Source of the DNA: Lama guanicoe
Taxonomy: Eukaryota
Direction: 5' to 3'
Length of the DNA stretch: 64,000 bases
Assembly: GCA_013239625.1 (NCBI GenBank)
Contig: MU053934.1
Location: forward strand, 6,900,399-6,964,398
Numbering within the stretch: the stretch's first letter is position 1; every line of letters begins with the position of its first letter. The notes under the pieces were generated by a model. It was not told the DNA's origin, made no database searches, and worked only from the letters and a program-made list of their open reading frames with translations. The translations under genes and the position numbers were made by a program. Below are positions 36,701-49,546 of this stretch, in pieces.

Positions 36701-39700
36701 CTTGTTATTTTCTGTTTTTTAAATTGTAGCCATCCTAGTGGGTGTGAAGTGGCATCCTGTCTCTTTCGAATCATCAGTCTCCTAATGGCAAGGGCTGGGG
36801 CAAGGGAGAGGATCCTGAAGTTAAGATGTGTCCCAAATGGCGCTGGCAGGAGTGGGGCTGCACCAGGGTTTGCTCTGCCCCTGGGAGAGGTGTTGGAGCC
36901 CCTGGGAGAGGTGTCAGAGCGGGTCAGAAGCGTCTGGGGCTCACAGCAGGGGCCCCTACTCTTCTCCCAAGTGCCTCATGTATGTGTGCTCCTGGAATCC
37001 TCACCGTGGCCCTGGAGGTAGGAACTGATGTGATTTGATAGTAGAACAAGTCCACTCTCCATGTTCTTTTAAGCATTTTCTTGGCTCTTCTTGTGTATTT
37101 CACTTCCAAGTGAAGTTTAGAATGATAAACTTCTGCTAAAAATTATATTGGGATGGCATGGAATTTGTAGAATACTTTGCGAATTCAGTTATTATAAAAA
37201 TTATGAATAAGGATCACCTGGCTTACAGTAAAGACACCACCCCAATTCCGTGGGGACTGGGCAGTGGGTTATCCAGAGGGAGAGGTTTGACCCTAGATCC
37301 CTGCCTCACACTATGCACAAAAAATTAACTCAAGATGGATCATGGATAAAATATGAAAGGTACTACAGTGAATGTTCTAGAAGAAAATAGAGGAAATGGC
37401 CTTATGACCTTGAGGTAGACAAATACATTTTAAGTAGAACAGCACACACATATCATGAATTAATGAAAATAATGATAAATAGGGCTTTATTAAAATTTAG
37501 AGTTTCTATTCATCAAAAGACAATTTTAAGAGAGGGAAAGGGCAAGCCACAGACTAGGAGAAGACATTTAAATGTATAGGTCTGCTAAAGGACTCACGCC
37601 CAGCATGCAGAAGGAACTCCTACAAACCAGTAAGATTAAAGACTGACAACCTCATTTTTAACAACTGACAAGATGTGAACAGGCACTTTTTTTTTGTATT
37701 AATGGTTTTTTAAAAGATTGTTCTTCCTCTATTTTATTTTTTTCAGTGAGGGGAGCATAACTAGGTTTATTTATTTATTTTAACAGAGGTACTGGGGATT
37801 GAACCCAGGACCTCATGCATGCTAAGCATGCCCTCTACCACTGAGCTATGCCCACCCCTGCACATCTTGAAAGAAGCCACCCAGATGGTCAGTAAGCACG
37901 TGAATGGTGCTCAACGTCATCAGTTATTAGGACAATGCAAATCAAAGCCCCAGTGGGATACCTCCGCGCCCTTTCCAGAACAGCTGAAACTGGGAGGCCT
38001 GACAGTAAATGCCAAGTCTTAATGGGGAGGTAGAGCAACCAGGCTCTCCCACACTGCAGGAGCAAGTATCCCTTGAAGCAACCATTTTGGAAAACTGTTT
38101 GGCAGGAACCACTAAAGCAAAACATATGCAAATTCCCTGCCCAGTAATCCCGCTCCTAGATAAACACCCAGCAACAGTGTGTGCTGTGCGCTCCAGACGA
38201 TGTAACGGGAACGCTCCTGGCAGCTTTACTCATAGTAGCCCTGAAGCGGAATCACCCAAATGTCCCTCAGCAGTAGAGTGGAGCACATGTTATACATTCA
38301 CACAGTGGAACACAGGCATGAAAACACACACACACACATTTACAGTGTGAAAGCAGCCAAAACCAAAAGAGAACAACACCTGGTGTGATTCTCTGTATAT
38401 GAAGTTCAGAAAGAAGCAAGATGGATCTGTGGGGCTGGAAGTCAGAATAGGTGGTGTGCTCGGAGAGAAGCCCCGGGGGAGCCTGCGGGGGCAGGGGGGC
38501 TCCAGGCCTCCTTCGGGTCATGGCGGCCCGGCTGCACTCACTGTCCGAGGCCACGAGCAGCAGACACTCAGGTCTGTGGACTTGGCTGTCAGTTACGTGT
38601 GAACTACAAAAGAGAAATACAGATCAAGGACTGAAAGTGGACAAGGAAAAGAAGGTCCCAGGAGGGGTGGAGAGGATGAGAAAAAAGAAGCCAGAAAGAG
38701 AAAGTACGCACCCAGCAGCCGTCCTCAAAGGCTTTCTTGGAGAAATGCCCTTGTGTTGTCGCTTTTGAGGAAACTGCACAAAGCCAGGCTTGTGTGACAT
38801 CTTCACGTCTGGAGACATGAGTGGAGGTGACATCCCTCAATCTCTGCCTTGGGGACCAGCATATAATTAAGTTGAGGGCCTGACCGAGCCTGCAAGCCAC
38901 AGAGCCCCCGTCCTGGCGGGAGAAGCCTGTTAAGCAAGGCTCGGGTGGGGTGGAGGGCAGTCCGGTCCGGGAGTCCGGGCCACCTGAGTCCTGGCGCCAC
39001 CTCCCGGGAGCTGCTGATGGCAGCGCAAGCACTTGGCCTCTCGGATCCTCCCCGGGAGATCACACGTGCATGTCTGGGTCCTCAGACGTGCCTGGTGGAT
39101 GATAAGGGAACCTGTTTCTGGACAAAGCACCCAAGGTCATTGTAGCCTGAGGAGCAGCAAGCGGCTGGGAGGGATCAGGGCAGAACAAGGACAGTGAGTG
39201 TTCGGGGCTGTGACCAGATAGCTGTGGGGTGTGCTCTCCCAGGAACAGTCCATGCATCGCAATGGGACAGGAGTACCGCGCATGATGTGACAGAGCCCGT
39301 CCGTAGGGGGCGCCTGCCCTCGGGGACTTCTTGGACTACAGCAGCGCAGGCCAGAGTCCATCTGAAACGAGCGAAAAGCAGCGAGTGAGATCAACCTTAG
39401 TAATATTTTCTAGCTCCGTGTATCCCAGATGTTACCATTGCAGCACGTAATCAACATAAAAATTACTGAGATGTTTGATGTGACTTTTTCATACTAAGTC
39501 TTCAAAATCCAGTGTGCAGTTTATACCCACAGCACGTCTCAGGCCGGGCTAGCCCCTTCTCAAGCACTCAGTAGCCACGTGTGACTGACGGTTATTACCG
39601 TGTGGACAGCAGACTCAGACCTCTTCAGTGGTCCCAGGACAGGGAGGTCAGGGCTGTGATGGAGGCCAGTGGGGGCCGTGGGGACATCAAGGTGTACTCT

Positions 39701-42700
39701 TTCTGCACGGTGGCTTAGCAAATTTCTTCCTCATTGAAACGGTCAGTGGAGGTGGGTGAGCTCTGCTTGCAGAGTCCAGGGCCCAGGGTGGCTGGGCAGC
39801 ACTGCAAGGCAGCGTGTGGGACAGGACAGGAGGTGTGGAGGGGCCACACCTCAGGCCTAAAATCAAAGCCCAGGAGTAGCCCAGGTCACTTCTCTGCGCT
39901 TAGTTGTACGGCGACCCTTGGCTGAGGGGATTCTGGGAAGTGCCCTCTGGCCGGGCAGCCACGAGCCCAGCAAGGACAGATGCAGGGGGAGGACGACTCT
40001 TCGGCCTGAGGGAGTTAAAGAGCCCTCTGCTGAGGAGGTGATGTGCCTGGGCACGGGGCGTGCTCCTGGGTTAAATGGCCAAAGGAGTCCCCTCTTCCCC
40101 TAAAAGAGGGTGAGGCTTCACACCCACAGCAGTGCTGGTGCCTTGTGGTGAAAATTCTATGCTTTTGTCTCTGCAGATAGAGCATTGCTTAGATTTCGTC
40201 AGCAAGGAGCTGTTTGAGCACTGCATCAGGAAGCTGCAGGCCCGCGTCCTGCTCATCAAGTAAGTCTGAACCTAGTGCCCCAGACAGACAGGAGTGCTGG
40301 CATCTCCAGTGTCACGCTTCCGTCTTTCTTGGTTAGCACCCCCGCAGCTGGTGTGTGGAAGGCAGGGCGATGGGAGGGCTTGGGCAGCAAGGAATGGCAA
40401 GGACTACACCACACCTTCAGCAGGTGTCTGTGGAGGGGACACCCGGGTAAGGCAGAGGCTGGCAGACACTACAGTCTGGCCTTCGCTGTACCAAATCCTC
40501 CAGCCCCTGCACCCCTCGCATCCCCAGGCCTACACTTCCTCTGTCTGCCTTCCTCCCCTCCCCCACCCCCCAGCCAGAAGCCATCCACTGCCCCTGGGTC
40601 CCACAGCACAGCGAGATCCCACATCCACAGCTTCGATGCCACCCCCAACTCCACCACAGCCACGCTGGACCATGGCATGCTCGAGGCAGGAACTGTGACT
40701 CCCAGGGACACATCTGTGTCTCAGGTGTCGAGCACAGGGGTTTAGAAGGCATGGACTTGAGGTGCAAATCCAAACCACAGTGAGATACACTGCACACCCT
40801 CTAGGATGGCTAGACTCTAAAAGTGAGATAAGAAGTGTGGCAAGGATGTGGAGAACCAGAACCCTCACGTTGCTGTGGGACTGTAAAATGATGCAGTCAC
40901 TTTGGAAAATAGTCTGGCAGCTCCTCGAGCCATTAAATTACCAGGTGACCGTATGACTCCGCAGTTCCATCCTAGGTATGAATCCAGCACCTGTCCACAC
41001 AACAGCTTGTACTGACAGCTCATACAGCAGCCTTCAAAATGGAATGCATAGTGCTGGAGGCAACCCAAATGTCCATCAAGGGACAGATTAGCAAAACGTG
41101 CCTTATCCGCACAATGGACTATTTTTCAGCAGTACAGTGGAGTGAGGCAGTGATACACACATGGATGAACTGTGGAAACACTATGCTAATTGAAAAAAGC
41201 CATTCACAAAAGTCCACTTAGTCTGTGATTCTATTCACATTTAAGTCCAAAGAGGGACCTCTAGAGGCAAAGCTGAGCAGTGGTTATGCAAGACTGGGAG
41301 CTGTGTGTGTGGTGTGTGTCTGAAAACTACAGGTTTGGGATTTTTTTTGAGGTGATAAATGTTCTAAAATTGATGATTGATGGTTACACAACCTTGAGTG
41401 TACAAAAATCCATGGGATTGTACACTTGAAATGGATGAAATGATCCCAATAAAGCTGTTAAAAAGAGCCCATCCAGATCCTGGCTCTGCCATTTGGTGGC
41501 TGTGCCCATGGGCAGGACTGTTGAGACAAGCCTGAAACACTTTGCTTGTGGGGGCCGCGGTGAGCCCTGAGTGCCAGTGGGGAATGGACGACTCAAACGT
41601 GAATTAAATTTGGTTCAGAGGGACCCAGCTGTGGGAAAATCAGAGGGAGCCCAGGCCTGTTTTCTTCAAGCCTGGAGCCCAAGGGAGGGGGAAGAATGCA
41701 AGATGGTCCGAGATGAACCTTCCTCCTCCGTTTTCCAGGGCAACCCAAGGATATCATGATGTGAGGAGAGAAAATGATGCCAACAAAGAGCCCATGCTGT
41801 TCAAGATCAGGATGCTGAGAGCTGTCCTGAAAGAGGTGGGTGCGCAGGGCTCGGGTGGCTGGGGCCTGGGGTGGTGCCAGGCTGCTCTGGGCTCCACACC
41901 TCACCCACCCCTTTTCCTGCCCTGGTCTAACAGGTGACTCCCAGGAGCTACCAGGCCTCACTCCCTACTATGGTCAGTCCGAGACCTGGGGTCACTTGTA
42001 AATCAACAGATTTTTTCATTGGCAGAATCTTCCAGTTTTATTGTCCTCATATATCCCCAGGCCAAGCCCAACTCAGCAGCCCTGTAATTTCCTAGGGCCC
42101 CAAATGGGAACAGATGACCAGTCCCGTCAGTAGGTGCTGGCCTCCAAGTTGGAGGGCTGGGACATGTGACTTTGACCCTTCCCTGCGGCTTGTGCAGGTA
42201 ACTTGGCATTGTCCCAAAAGGGAAGCCCATGTGGCTGGCTGGCCAGAGGGCCGTGCCTTCCTGTCTTGTCAGCCTCTCTCCTGGGCAGGAGCAAGTCTGA
42301 AAGGCTGCTCATTCTGCTTTTTCCAAGCGGACCTTATATGATGATCAGAACCAGTAGCCCTGACTACTGCCCCCACCCCCAGTCTAGCTCTATTACCTCA
42401 GCTCCGAATGGCCTAGAACCCCAGGCTTTAGGCTTTTCCCTCCCAGCAGGCCTTTCTCACTGGCCAGGCCCTGAATCACCCAGGGGGTGCAGTGACTGGC
42501 TAGGGCCTGCAGAGCTGTGGGTCAGTCACTGCCAAGGCTCCTGGTGCGGGACACTTGGAATCTCGGGAGGCAGTAGGCACGGGAAAGCCCCAACATGCCC
42601 TCGGCCCCCTCCTCTGTCACCTCACCACACATCCCCTCCCTCTCCCAGCGGTTCCAGTTTGTGGAAGTCACAGGCAATCACTACGTCCACATGAACCAAC

Positions 42701-42768
42701 CCCAGCTCGTGGCCAGTGTCATCAACTCCTTCTTACAGAGCAAGGAGAGGATCCCAGCCCAGCTGTAG
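24483..42768 (+). CDS. SERHL2: Serine hydrolase-like protein 2 (alpha/beta hydrolase), 12 coding exons, 309 aa
   Basis: Exons 24483-24486, 25430-25579, 25693-25806, 26195-26236, 26596-26615, 27060-27134, 28572-28681, 29088-29167, 35959-35993, 40177-40259, 41739-41835, 42649-42768 sum to 930 nt with consistent phases and all GT-AG. Motifs [14 protein letters not shown] and GNHYVH, C-terminus PAQL. Exon 1 is the least certain. Confidence 0.95.
28936..28963. repeat. (CA)n microsatellite
   Basis: About 14 CA repeats in SERHL2 intron 7. Confidence 0.9.
31229..31337 (+). mobile_element. tRNA-Ala-derived SINE (camelid Vic-1 type)
   Basis: CAGTGGTAGAGTGCATGCTTAGCATGCATGAGGTCCTGGGTTCAATCCCCAGTACCTCCA plus an A-rich tail. 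Confidence 0.85.
31640..32160. mobile_element. MER21-like LTR fragment
   Basis: CAGCCCCCATCCTGAAG...CATTAGAACAAAAGATGCTCCTATCACCCAGGAAATTCCAAGG...AGGAGCTCTGTGTCAGGAACC. Confidence 0.6.
34239..34537. repeat. Near-perfect 148-bp tandem duplication
   Basis: 34239-34386 and 34391-34537 are identical apart from T-run length. Confidence 0.95.
36060..36755 (-). mobile_element. L1 (L1MB-like) 3' fragment
   Basis: ATCCCACCAGCAAAGTGTGAGGGTTCCAATTTCTCCAC...AGCCATCCTAGTGGGTGTGAAGTGG is an antisense L1 3' end. Confidence 0.75.
37270..38610 (+). mobile_element. Old L1 3' fragment (interrupted by a SINE)
   Basis: AAAATTAACTCAAGATGGATCA...ATGCAAATCAAAGCCCCAGTGGGATACC...CCATTTTGGAAAACTGTTTGGCAG. Confidence 0.7.
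37730..37858 (-). mobile_element. Vic-1-type SINE
   Basis: Reverse complement of the tRNA-Ala-like head with an AT-rich tail. Confidence 0.85.
39398..39615. mobile_element. MER3-like hAT-Charlie DNA transposon fragment
   Basis: TTTTTCATACTAAGTCTTCAAAATCCAGTGTG...CTCAGTAGCCACGTGTG...GTGGACAGCA. Confidence 0.6.
40755..41465 (+). mobile_element. L1 3' end fragment
   Basis: GCAAATCCAAACCACAGTGAGATAC...CAACCCAAATGTCCATCAA...CAATAAAGCTGTTAAAAA. Confidence 0.75.
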
Positions 42769-42922
42769 CCCCAGGGCTACGAGACCTCCTGCTTAGCACG
42801 GGACTCCCAGCTCCTAAGCCCAGGCCAGGCGTGGTGGGGACAGGCTTTCCTGATCCTGAAGACCAGCATGGCTGGCAAAGAAGCTTGTGGCAGAGTTGAG
42901 GAGGACATGCCAGGATTCTGAC

Positions 42923-42928
42923 TTTAAT
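42923..42928 (-). terminator. RRP7A: Candidate RRP7A poly(A) signal ATTAAA
   Basis: TTTAAT on + strand, about 545 nt past the RRP7A stop. An alternative AATAAA is at 42037-42042. Confidence 0.5.
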
Positions 42929-43061
42929 ACCTGTGACTGCAAGGGGAAGACGGTGTCTGGATTCGGGGGGTTATCTGTTTTGTGAGCGGGTAGTGGGTGG
43001 GGGGGCTAGGACAGTCCCACCCAGCTTTTGTGGCCTTTACTTGCTGCCCAACTGAATGAAA

Positions 43062-43067
43062 AATAAA
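43062..43067 (+). terminator. SERHL2: SERHL2 poly(A) signal AATAAA
   Basis: First AATAAA about 294 nt after the stop codon. Confidence 0.7.
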
Positions 43068-43471
43068 ATGCCCTTGTATTCTCACTGCCTGCAGGGGCTT
43101 CTCCACTGGGGAAAGGGGAGAATATAGCAGACACTTAGCCCTGAGAGGGAAGTCCAGAGACCGGCTGGGAACAGAGCTCAGGGGAGGGAAGGAGCCACTT
43201 CCTGGGCCAGTGGCTTCCTGAGGCCAAGTCCTTGTGCTGGGCAGGCCGCGCCGGTGCTGGGCCCCAGGACTGCTCGAGTACAGGAACCGAGGGGGGACAC
43301 TGCCTTTCACCCAACCCTGCCCAGGCTCAGATCTCTGGGGCTGTTTGACACGGTGGCCCATTGGCCCGGGCATAGCCTCTGTGATGGGAGTTTCAGACCC
43401 TCGTGTCCTCACTGGCCACACGCTGCCACCCGCTCACCAGCCCTCTCCCCGGCGCCCTCGGCCGGTGAGGC

Positions 43472-46400
43472 TCAGTAGGGTCGGAATTTGCGCTGGGCCC
43501 GCATCAGCTCGATCCTCTGCTTGTCCTCCTCAAACTTCTTGCGCAGCTGTGCTAGATCTGGGGCAGGAGGGGGACAGGAAACAGGCCAATCAGACAACCT
43601 GGCTCTGTGGGAGCTGCCCCCCGCCGCCCCTCCTCGCAGTCCCACTCCCCGCTGGGGAAGCTCGGCACGGCCTCCCCACTTGCCTCCACTGTGGGAAACG
43701 GGTGCGGACTGCAGCCCCGTCAAAGGACGGAGGCTGAAGTGGAGAAGCCGGCCTGCCTTAGTTTTCAGACAGAAAATGCACCAGGTCAAAGGAAAGGCAC
43801 AGAGAAAGCAAAAAGGCACTTGCTCCCTCACCGCTCCCAACACACACCCCAGGGTGAAGGATGAAGGGTGTGGGGAGGCTGGGAGACCCCCGGAGACACC
43901 TCTCCCAGCCCCTCCCACTGCAGCTGTCAGACCAGAGAGGATGCTGGGAAGAAGTAAAGGGCCTCGACCCCAGAGAGCCACAGAATTCAGATGGTGGCTC
44001 TGGCCAGGTCAGGGAGGTGTGTGGGGTCTTGAGCCCGAGGGAGGGAAGGCTGACGGAGGCCCAGTGTCAGGTGAATATAGAGGAGAGGCGAGCAGAGTGA
44101 AGGCGCAAAAGGAGGGATGGGCAGGGTGTGGGGAGGAGCAGTGAGGCAGACGAGAGCAGTGAGACTGGGTGATGCGTCAGCAGCGACCACAGGCCTCATC
44201 CACGGCCTGGGCGCCCAGGGCAGGGGCTTGGGGCGCGCCCTTACGCTCCATCTTGGTCTCGCGGTGCTGCCAGGCGTAGAAGTTGAGCAGTTCCTTGCGC
44301 GCCCGCTTCCGCCTCTCCTTCTCCAGCACCCGCAGGTTGGCCGCCTCGGTCCGCGGGAGCACGGGCCGCCGGCCGCGGCGGGTCACCTTCACCCAGCCCT
44401 CCTCATCAGGGACCCCTTCCTCTTCCTTGGCCTTAGCTTCCTCCTGCAAGGAACAGGACCCTGGGATGGGCAGGCACCTGGGGCCCTCCCTGCCACCCCT
44501 GGAACCCTCTAGCCGCCCCTCTCTCCCCTCCACACCCAGGACACCCAGCACTGCTGCTCCCTCTGCGCGGTGTTAGCAGCTGAGGTGGGGCAGGGGTGAC
44601 GTGCCAACGCTGCCTCCTCCTCCACCCTCCACCGTCCGTTCCCTCAGGCCATTTAGAGACTAGATGTCACCCAGCCAGGAGGTCCAGGACTCAGCAGAGG
44701 AAGAGGGAATCCGGGCTCTACATGATGACCAGAACAGGCTGCCCCTGGAAGGGTCCCCTTGGAGCCACCAGGACACCTATAGCAGCACTGTCCCATGGCC
44801 ACACAGGTGACGTCCGTGCCAAGGCCCCACCTCAGCTATCTTCTTGTCGTACGTCTCCATGAACGTGTCCACTTCCACCCTCAGGGCCTCGGGGTCCGGC
44901 ACCGAGTCTGCATAGTCTCTGATCCACTCTGAGGGAGAAGGGAGCGAGGGAAACGGGGATTCCTCAGGCCCGACTGTTAGGGCCCCAGCCCAGGACCTGG
45001 CAGGCCAGCCAGGCTCTTCTCACACGGGCTGCAGGGGTGAGACTTGTGGGCCAGGGCCCAGGTGGTGAGGAAGATCCTAGTGGTGGCAAGCTGGGCCCTC
45101 ACCTCTGCTCACCCCGGGCACCACGCTCAGGCCTCCCACAAGCAGTTCTCAGGGCAAGTGGACGCGGCAGACGCTGCCCTACAAAGGTCCCCTCCCCAAC
45201 CCAGCGGGGAGGTGCCCGCGGTACTGACTGTGAATGCCACTCTTCACAGGGTGACTCTCTGTCGAGACCAGCAAAGGGCCCTTCAGTGCCAGGGCAGCTG
45301 ACACCCCACCTGGCTTCTGGAACACCACGTAGGCCACCTGGAACCCCTGGGGGGAGGGAGAGACGTCAGTTCCCAGAGCTTCCCCTGGCCTGGCCCAAGG
45401 GCTCCCACCTGTCCCCAGCCCAACTTGTCACCGGACAGGGAAGACGCTGGGCTGCTCCTGGACGTGAAGACAACCAGGAGGCTGCCCGAGTCCAGGGGTG
45501 GGGCGGCCACCCTCCCTTATCCCACTTCTTCATCAGGGAGAGGTGAGACACTTGGGCCTTTCTTCAGGTTGTGGGAAGGACTCAGTGCAGAGCCTGCTCT
45601 CCCTGGGCCAGGAGTAGATGGACCGATGGGGTGCACACTAGTTTAAACCCCACTAAACAGGAGGGGGTGTGGGCTCAAGGGACACAAGGAAATGAGACCA
45701 GGGCCACTGAGCCTAAGGAAGAATCGACTTCAGTGTGGGAAGCGGGAGGGGAGCTCAGGGAGGCCCCTCAGGGCAGAGATCTCTGAGCTTTCACACAGGA
45801 CAACAGCGAGCCGGACAGGAAGCTAACAAACCTGGGAAAGGAGTGGAGGCCTTTTACTTGACAGCCCTCCTAGACCACACACGGCCAGGACTGGCCCAAC
45901 CACAGGGAGTGCTCGAAAGTCCACTGCCACCCCCGATGCCACCTTCCCCTCACACACAGGGAACATTGTCCTAGCCCCACCCCACATCCTCATTCAAGCA
46001 GACCCCAGTAGTGGAGGCTTACCGGAACTGGCTTGGGGTGAAAAAACCTTGACTTTGGCTCCTTTGGGCTCTCAGCAAGGTCCGGCTTCTCCTGTAACTC
46101 CACAGACTGCACAGGGCCGCAGGGGGAGAGGAGGCGGGACAGGCACTCCTGCGTGGCCAGAGAGAGGCACAGCGTGAGCAGCGCAGCCCGAGTGGCTACA
46201 GGGCCCTCTGGAGCTGCCAGGGGACCAGTGGCCAGGCCACACGGGAGGGAGGAAATGGAACGTGACATGGAATTCAGGTAGAAGCTTTTTGGCTTTACGA
46301 CCCAGGACCTGGCTGGAGGCATATGCCTAGGTGTGCTTGGTTTGTTCTTGAAAGGGATTTCTCCCTGTGAAAGGCCATCTTGCTGAAAGATCTGTCTTTC

Positions 46401-49269
46401 CCTATCAGTTTCTCAGAGTGAATGATCCCTAAAGTAGGGGTGGGTGTAAGCTTTTAAAAAAATCATTGCAAGAATAGGTGGGGACATTTTTGGTTTTCTT
46501 CTGAGTATTCTGATTTTATGAGACAACCAACTAAGTTTTACCACCTGAATTAGCCATTTAAAGAGTAAAATCTACCCTGTTGGAATGAGGATGGTGGTCA
46601 TCCTTGGTAGGGGCAGGGGCACAAGGGGATTTCTGGGGCACAGGTGATGCTCTGCGTCTTGATCTGGGTGCTGATTCACAGGTTTGTTCAGTTTGTGAAA
46701 TGCCGTGAGCTCTGCACTTCGGCCCAGGCCCTTCTCTGTATACACTAGACTTCAATAATGATTAAAAAATGACACCCTCTTCTCTGTTTCTTTCTCTCTT
46801 TAATGCTAGAGGACTCTCTTAGAAATGATTTCTTTTCTTGAAAAAAAAATTCATCTAAATAAGGCCCTTAGTTTCTCTTCTGTAAATTAATGAAATACTA
46901 AATTTAACAGTTTTGTGAAAAAAAAAATTAACAGACATGCCTGGATAGTAAATTCAGAGGTAATTTTATTTTCTTCTACTTTTCCTATCTTCTACTATAA
47001 ACATGGGTCAATTTTCAAGACAATGATTATGTTGTCACACATCACACAAGTCGTTAGCACAACTTTCACAATACTCAAGAAAAAATAGCTGAGACCAACT
47101 GTCTCCGTCTTAGTATGGAATTACACTAGACAGAGACAGTTACGCATCAACTGCTTTAAGCAATAGGACACTTAAGCTGTATTTTAACAGTAACTAATCG
47201 AGGGGAAAAACATGTAATTCAAACAATTATGGATAATATATAAAAAGCTCTGGGCTCCTTAGAATTTCATTTTTTAAAACACATCTTTAAAAAGCCTATT
47301 TCCTGGGTTGAAGTAGGGTAGAGCTCAGTGGTAAAGCTCGTGCTTGGCATGCACGAGGTCCTGGGTTCAATCCCCAGAACTTCCATTAATAAAAAAATAA
47401 ATCAAATTAAAAAATTCTTCAACACAAACAATTTCCCATCACAAGAGAGGCAGCCTTCTAGATACCAGAGGACTTCAGTTAGCTGCTTCCATCTCACTAC
47501 TAAGGATTTGGTAGGGGAGTCCCATTGGAGCCCAGCTCTGCCTGGAGCCCCCACCCAAGCCTCAGTTTCCCTCCCAGACACCAGCTTACCTCTGTGCAGT
47601 ATGGAGGCACATTGAGGACAAAAAGGGTCCGCTTCTGAGGCCAGGAAGACTTAGTGTCTTCTCGAACTCTGTGCTGTCTTATGTAGAGGTAATGAGAAGA
47701 CTGCTGCTTTTCAGAGAACTTGACTGGAATGGCTGGAAGGAAAATGGGGGTGGGGAGAGATGGCATGAAAGTCAGGTTCAGGCTGTCCCTTTCTGGTCCT
47801 GTGTATCCATCCATCCATCCTTCACTGAGCCCTTCCCATGGGCAATGCCTTTGCAGGGTGCTGTGCAGGCTGTGAGAGTGAATGAATAGCTAATCTGCCC
47901 AGGAGAGGCTCTCAAGCTGGTGGGAGAGAGAATGTAAGTGAGGAACGAAAGGAGAGAAGTTCAACCTCTGCTGCTTTTGGGGTGAACACTCAAACCTTTA
48001 CCATGGCCAGGGGCCCGTGCGACCCTGACCCCCTCTGCAACTTCTCACACCATTCTCCCCACACCACGCCACACACTGGCCCCGCTGGCCTTCTCTGTTC
48101 CCCCAATAAGCCAGGGCCTCACACATACTGTTCCCTTAGCCTGAAACATCAATCCTTGTTCCTCCACCCATTCTTCAAGTTTTAACTTTACTCCCTCCGG
48201 AGAGTCTTACTTGCCAGGTTAGATCCCCCTTCTTAACTTCTCTCACGGTCTCTAAGTCTCCATTTGTGTGATTACTTGGATAATCGGTGGCATTCCCATC
48301 AATTTTAACCCTAACAAAGCTAAGGACTATTCTCGGGTTTTCTCACCACTTTCTTCAGGGCACAGTGAGGATATAGTTGCAACTCCTGCCCTCAGGAAGC
48401 CCACATGATAAAGGGAGAAGACAACAAGAAGTAAGCAGGTAACAAAGTTGTATCAGCTAGGAAGGAAACACAGAGTAGTGGTGCAGGGTGATGGGTGGCA
48501 GAGGCCTTTAGATAGCCATCGGGACCACCTCTTTGAGGAAGTAACATTAAAGCTTAGACGAGAATGACATGAAGCCATGTAACAGGGTAGTGCTGTCTGA
48601 CACTCTAAGGAAGAAGACAAAAAATCCCGAGGGTGTAAAGAGCTTGTCTCCGAGAAACAGAAAGACAGAACTATAGATTAGCAGAAGCCAGAATATATGG
48701 GGCCCCACAGATCAGTTTGGATTTTGTTTATGTGCTAACTTTGGCCACTGGAGGGAGCTCAGTGGGTATTCAGGGGGACATAGGTGGACGTGTGAGGCAA
48801 GATCTTATTTAAATTTGACTTTAGAAAGAACATTCTGGCACCTGGGTGGAGAAGAGAAGGCAGGGACAGGAACAGAAGCAGGAGAACCAGTGAGGAGAGC
48901 ACACAACAGCTCAGGTGAGAGCTGAAGAAGGCTGGACTACGAATTGCCAAGAGGTGCTAAGTGGATGGGCGCACCTTAGGGGGAGAGTGTAGACGGACAT
49001 AGGTGGATTCACTCAAGGGAAGCGTTGGCCAGACTAGGCTCGTCCCGGGCGAGTGGAACCAGACAGGAACAGGGCGCCGTGTGTGTCTTGAGGGGCCCGG
49101 GGCTCACGCCCAACCGTGCGGCTGCTCCTGGGGACCCCGAGTCTCCTTCCAGCGAAGCCTGGCCGTCCCACGTCCCTGCGTCCTACAGCCCCTCACCTGA
49201 GTAGCCCGGCGGGCTCAGAATCTCCGTCTCAGAGGTCCCAGCCGCACGCTTCCTTCTGCGCGCCACCAT
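43472..49269 (-). CDS. RRP7A: Ribosomal RNA-processing protein 7 homolog A, 7 exons, 280 aa
   Basis: Exons 49197-49269, 47590-47732, 46023-46148, 45229-45346, 44831-44928, 44245-44443, 43472-43557 sum to 843 nt with GT-AG and consistent phases. MVARRRK...TLFVLNVPPYCTE...PDEEGWVKV...NFYAWQHRE...RKFRPY. Confidence 0.97.
47305..47415 (+). mobile_element. Vic-1-type SINE
   Basis: GAGCTCAGTGGTAAAG...GAGGTCCTGGGTTCAATCCCCAG plus A tail. Confidence 0.8.
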
Positions 49270-49460
49270 CTTGCCCACCGGAAGCCGCAGGGGCCGCTGG
49301 GAGTTGTAGTTCGGTGCTAGGTGCGGGCAGAGCGTTTCCGTGACGATGGCGCCGCGTGGGGGCGCCGCCCTCTCGGTTCCAGGCTGGCCTCTCCGAGCCC
49401 TCTTTTTCCCCTCACATCCCCCGCCCCACTCCCTCCCGCCCCGTCTTCCCAGGGCGCCAC
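49060..49460 (-). promoter_or_regulatory. RRP7A: RRP7A CpG-island promoter
   Basis: ACTACAACTCCCAGC (ZNF143/THAP11 motif) at 49296-49310 on -, ETS CCGGAAG at 49278-49284, YY1-like ATGGCG at about 49346. Confidence 0.8.
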
Positions 49461-49546
49461 TTTATTTGCTCAGAATAAAGTCAGCGAATGAATGTAGGAG
49501 TAAATGGCGTAGACCTGAGCCGTTCACGGGTGCGAGCTCAACTTTC

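Noticed and set aside
43234..45546. Long + strand ORFs (167, 218 and 169 aa)
   Set aside because: They are antisense shadows of GC-rich RRP7A exons and introns.
24483..49269. SERHL/RRP7BP pseudogene pair as in human
   Set aside because: Both reading frames are intact and only one pair is visible in the window.
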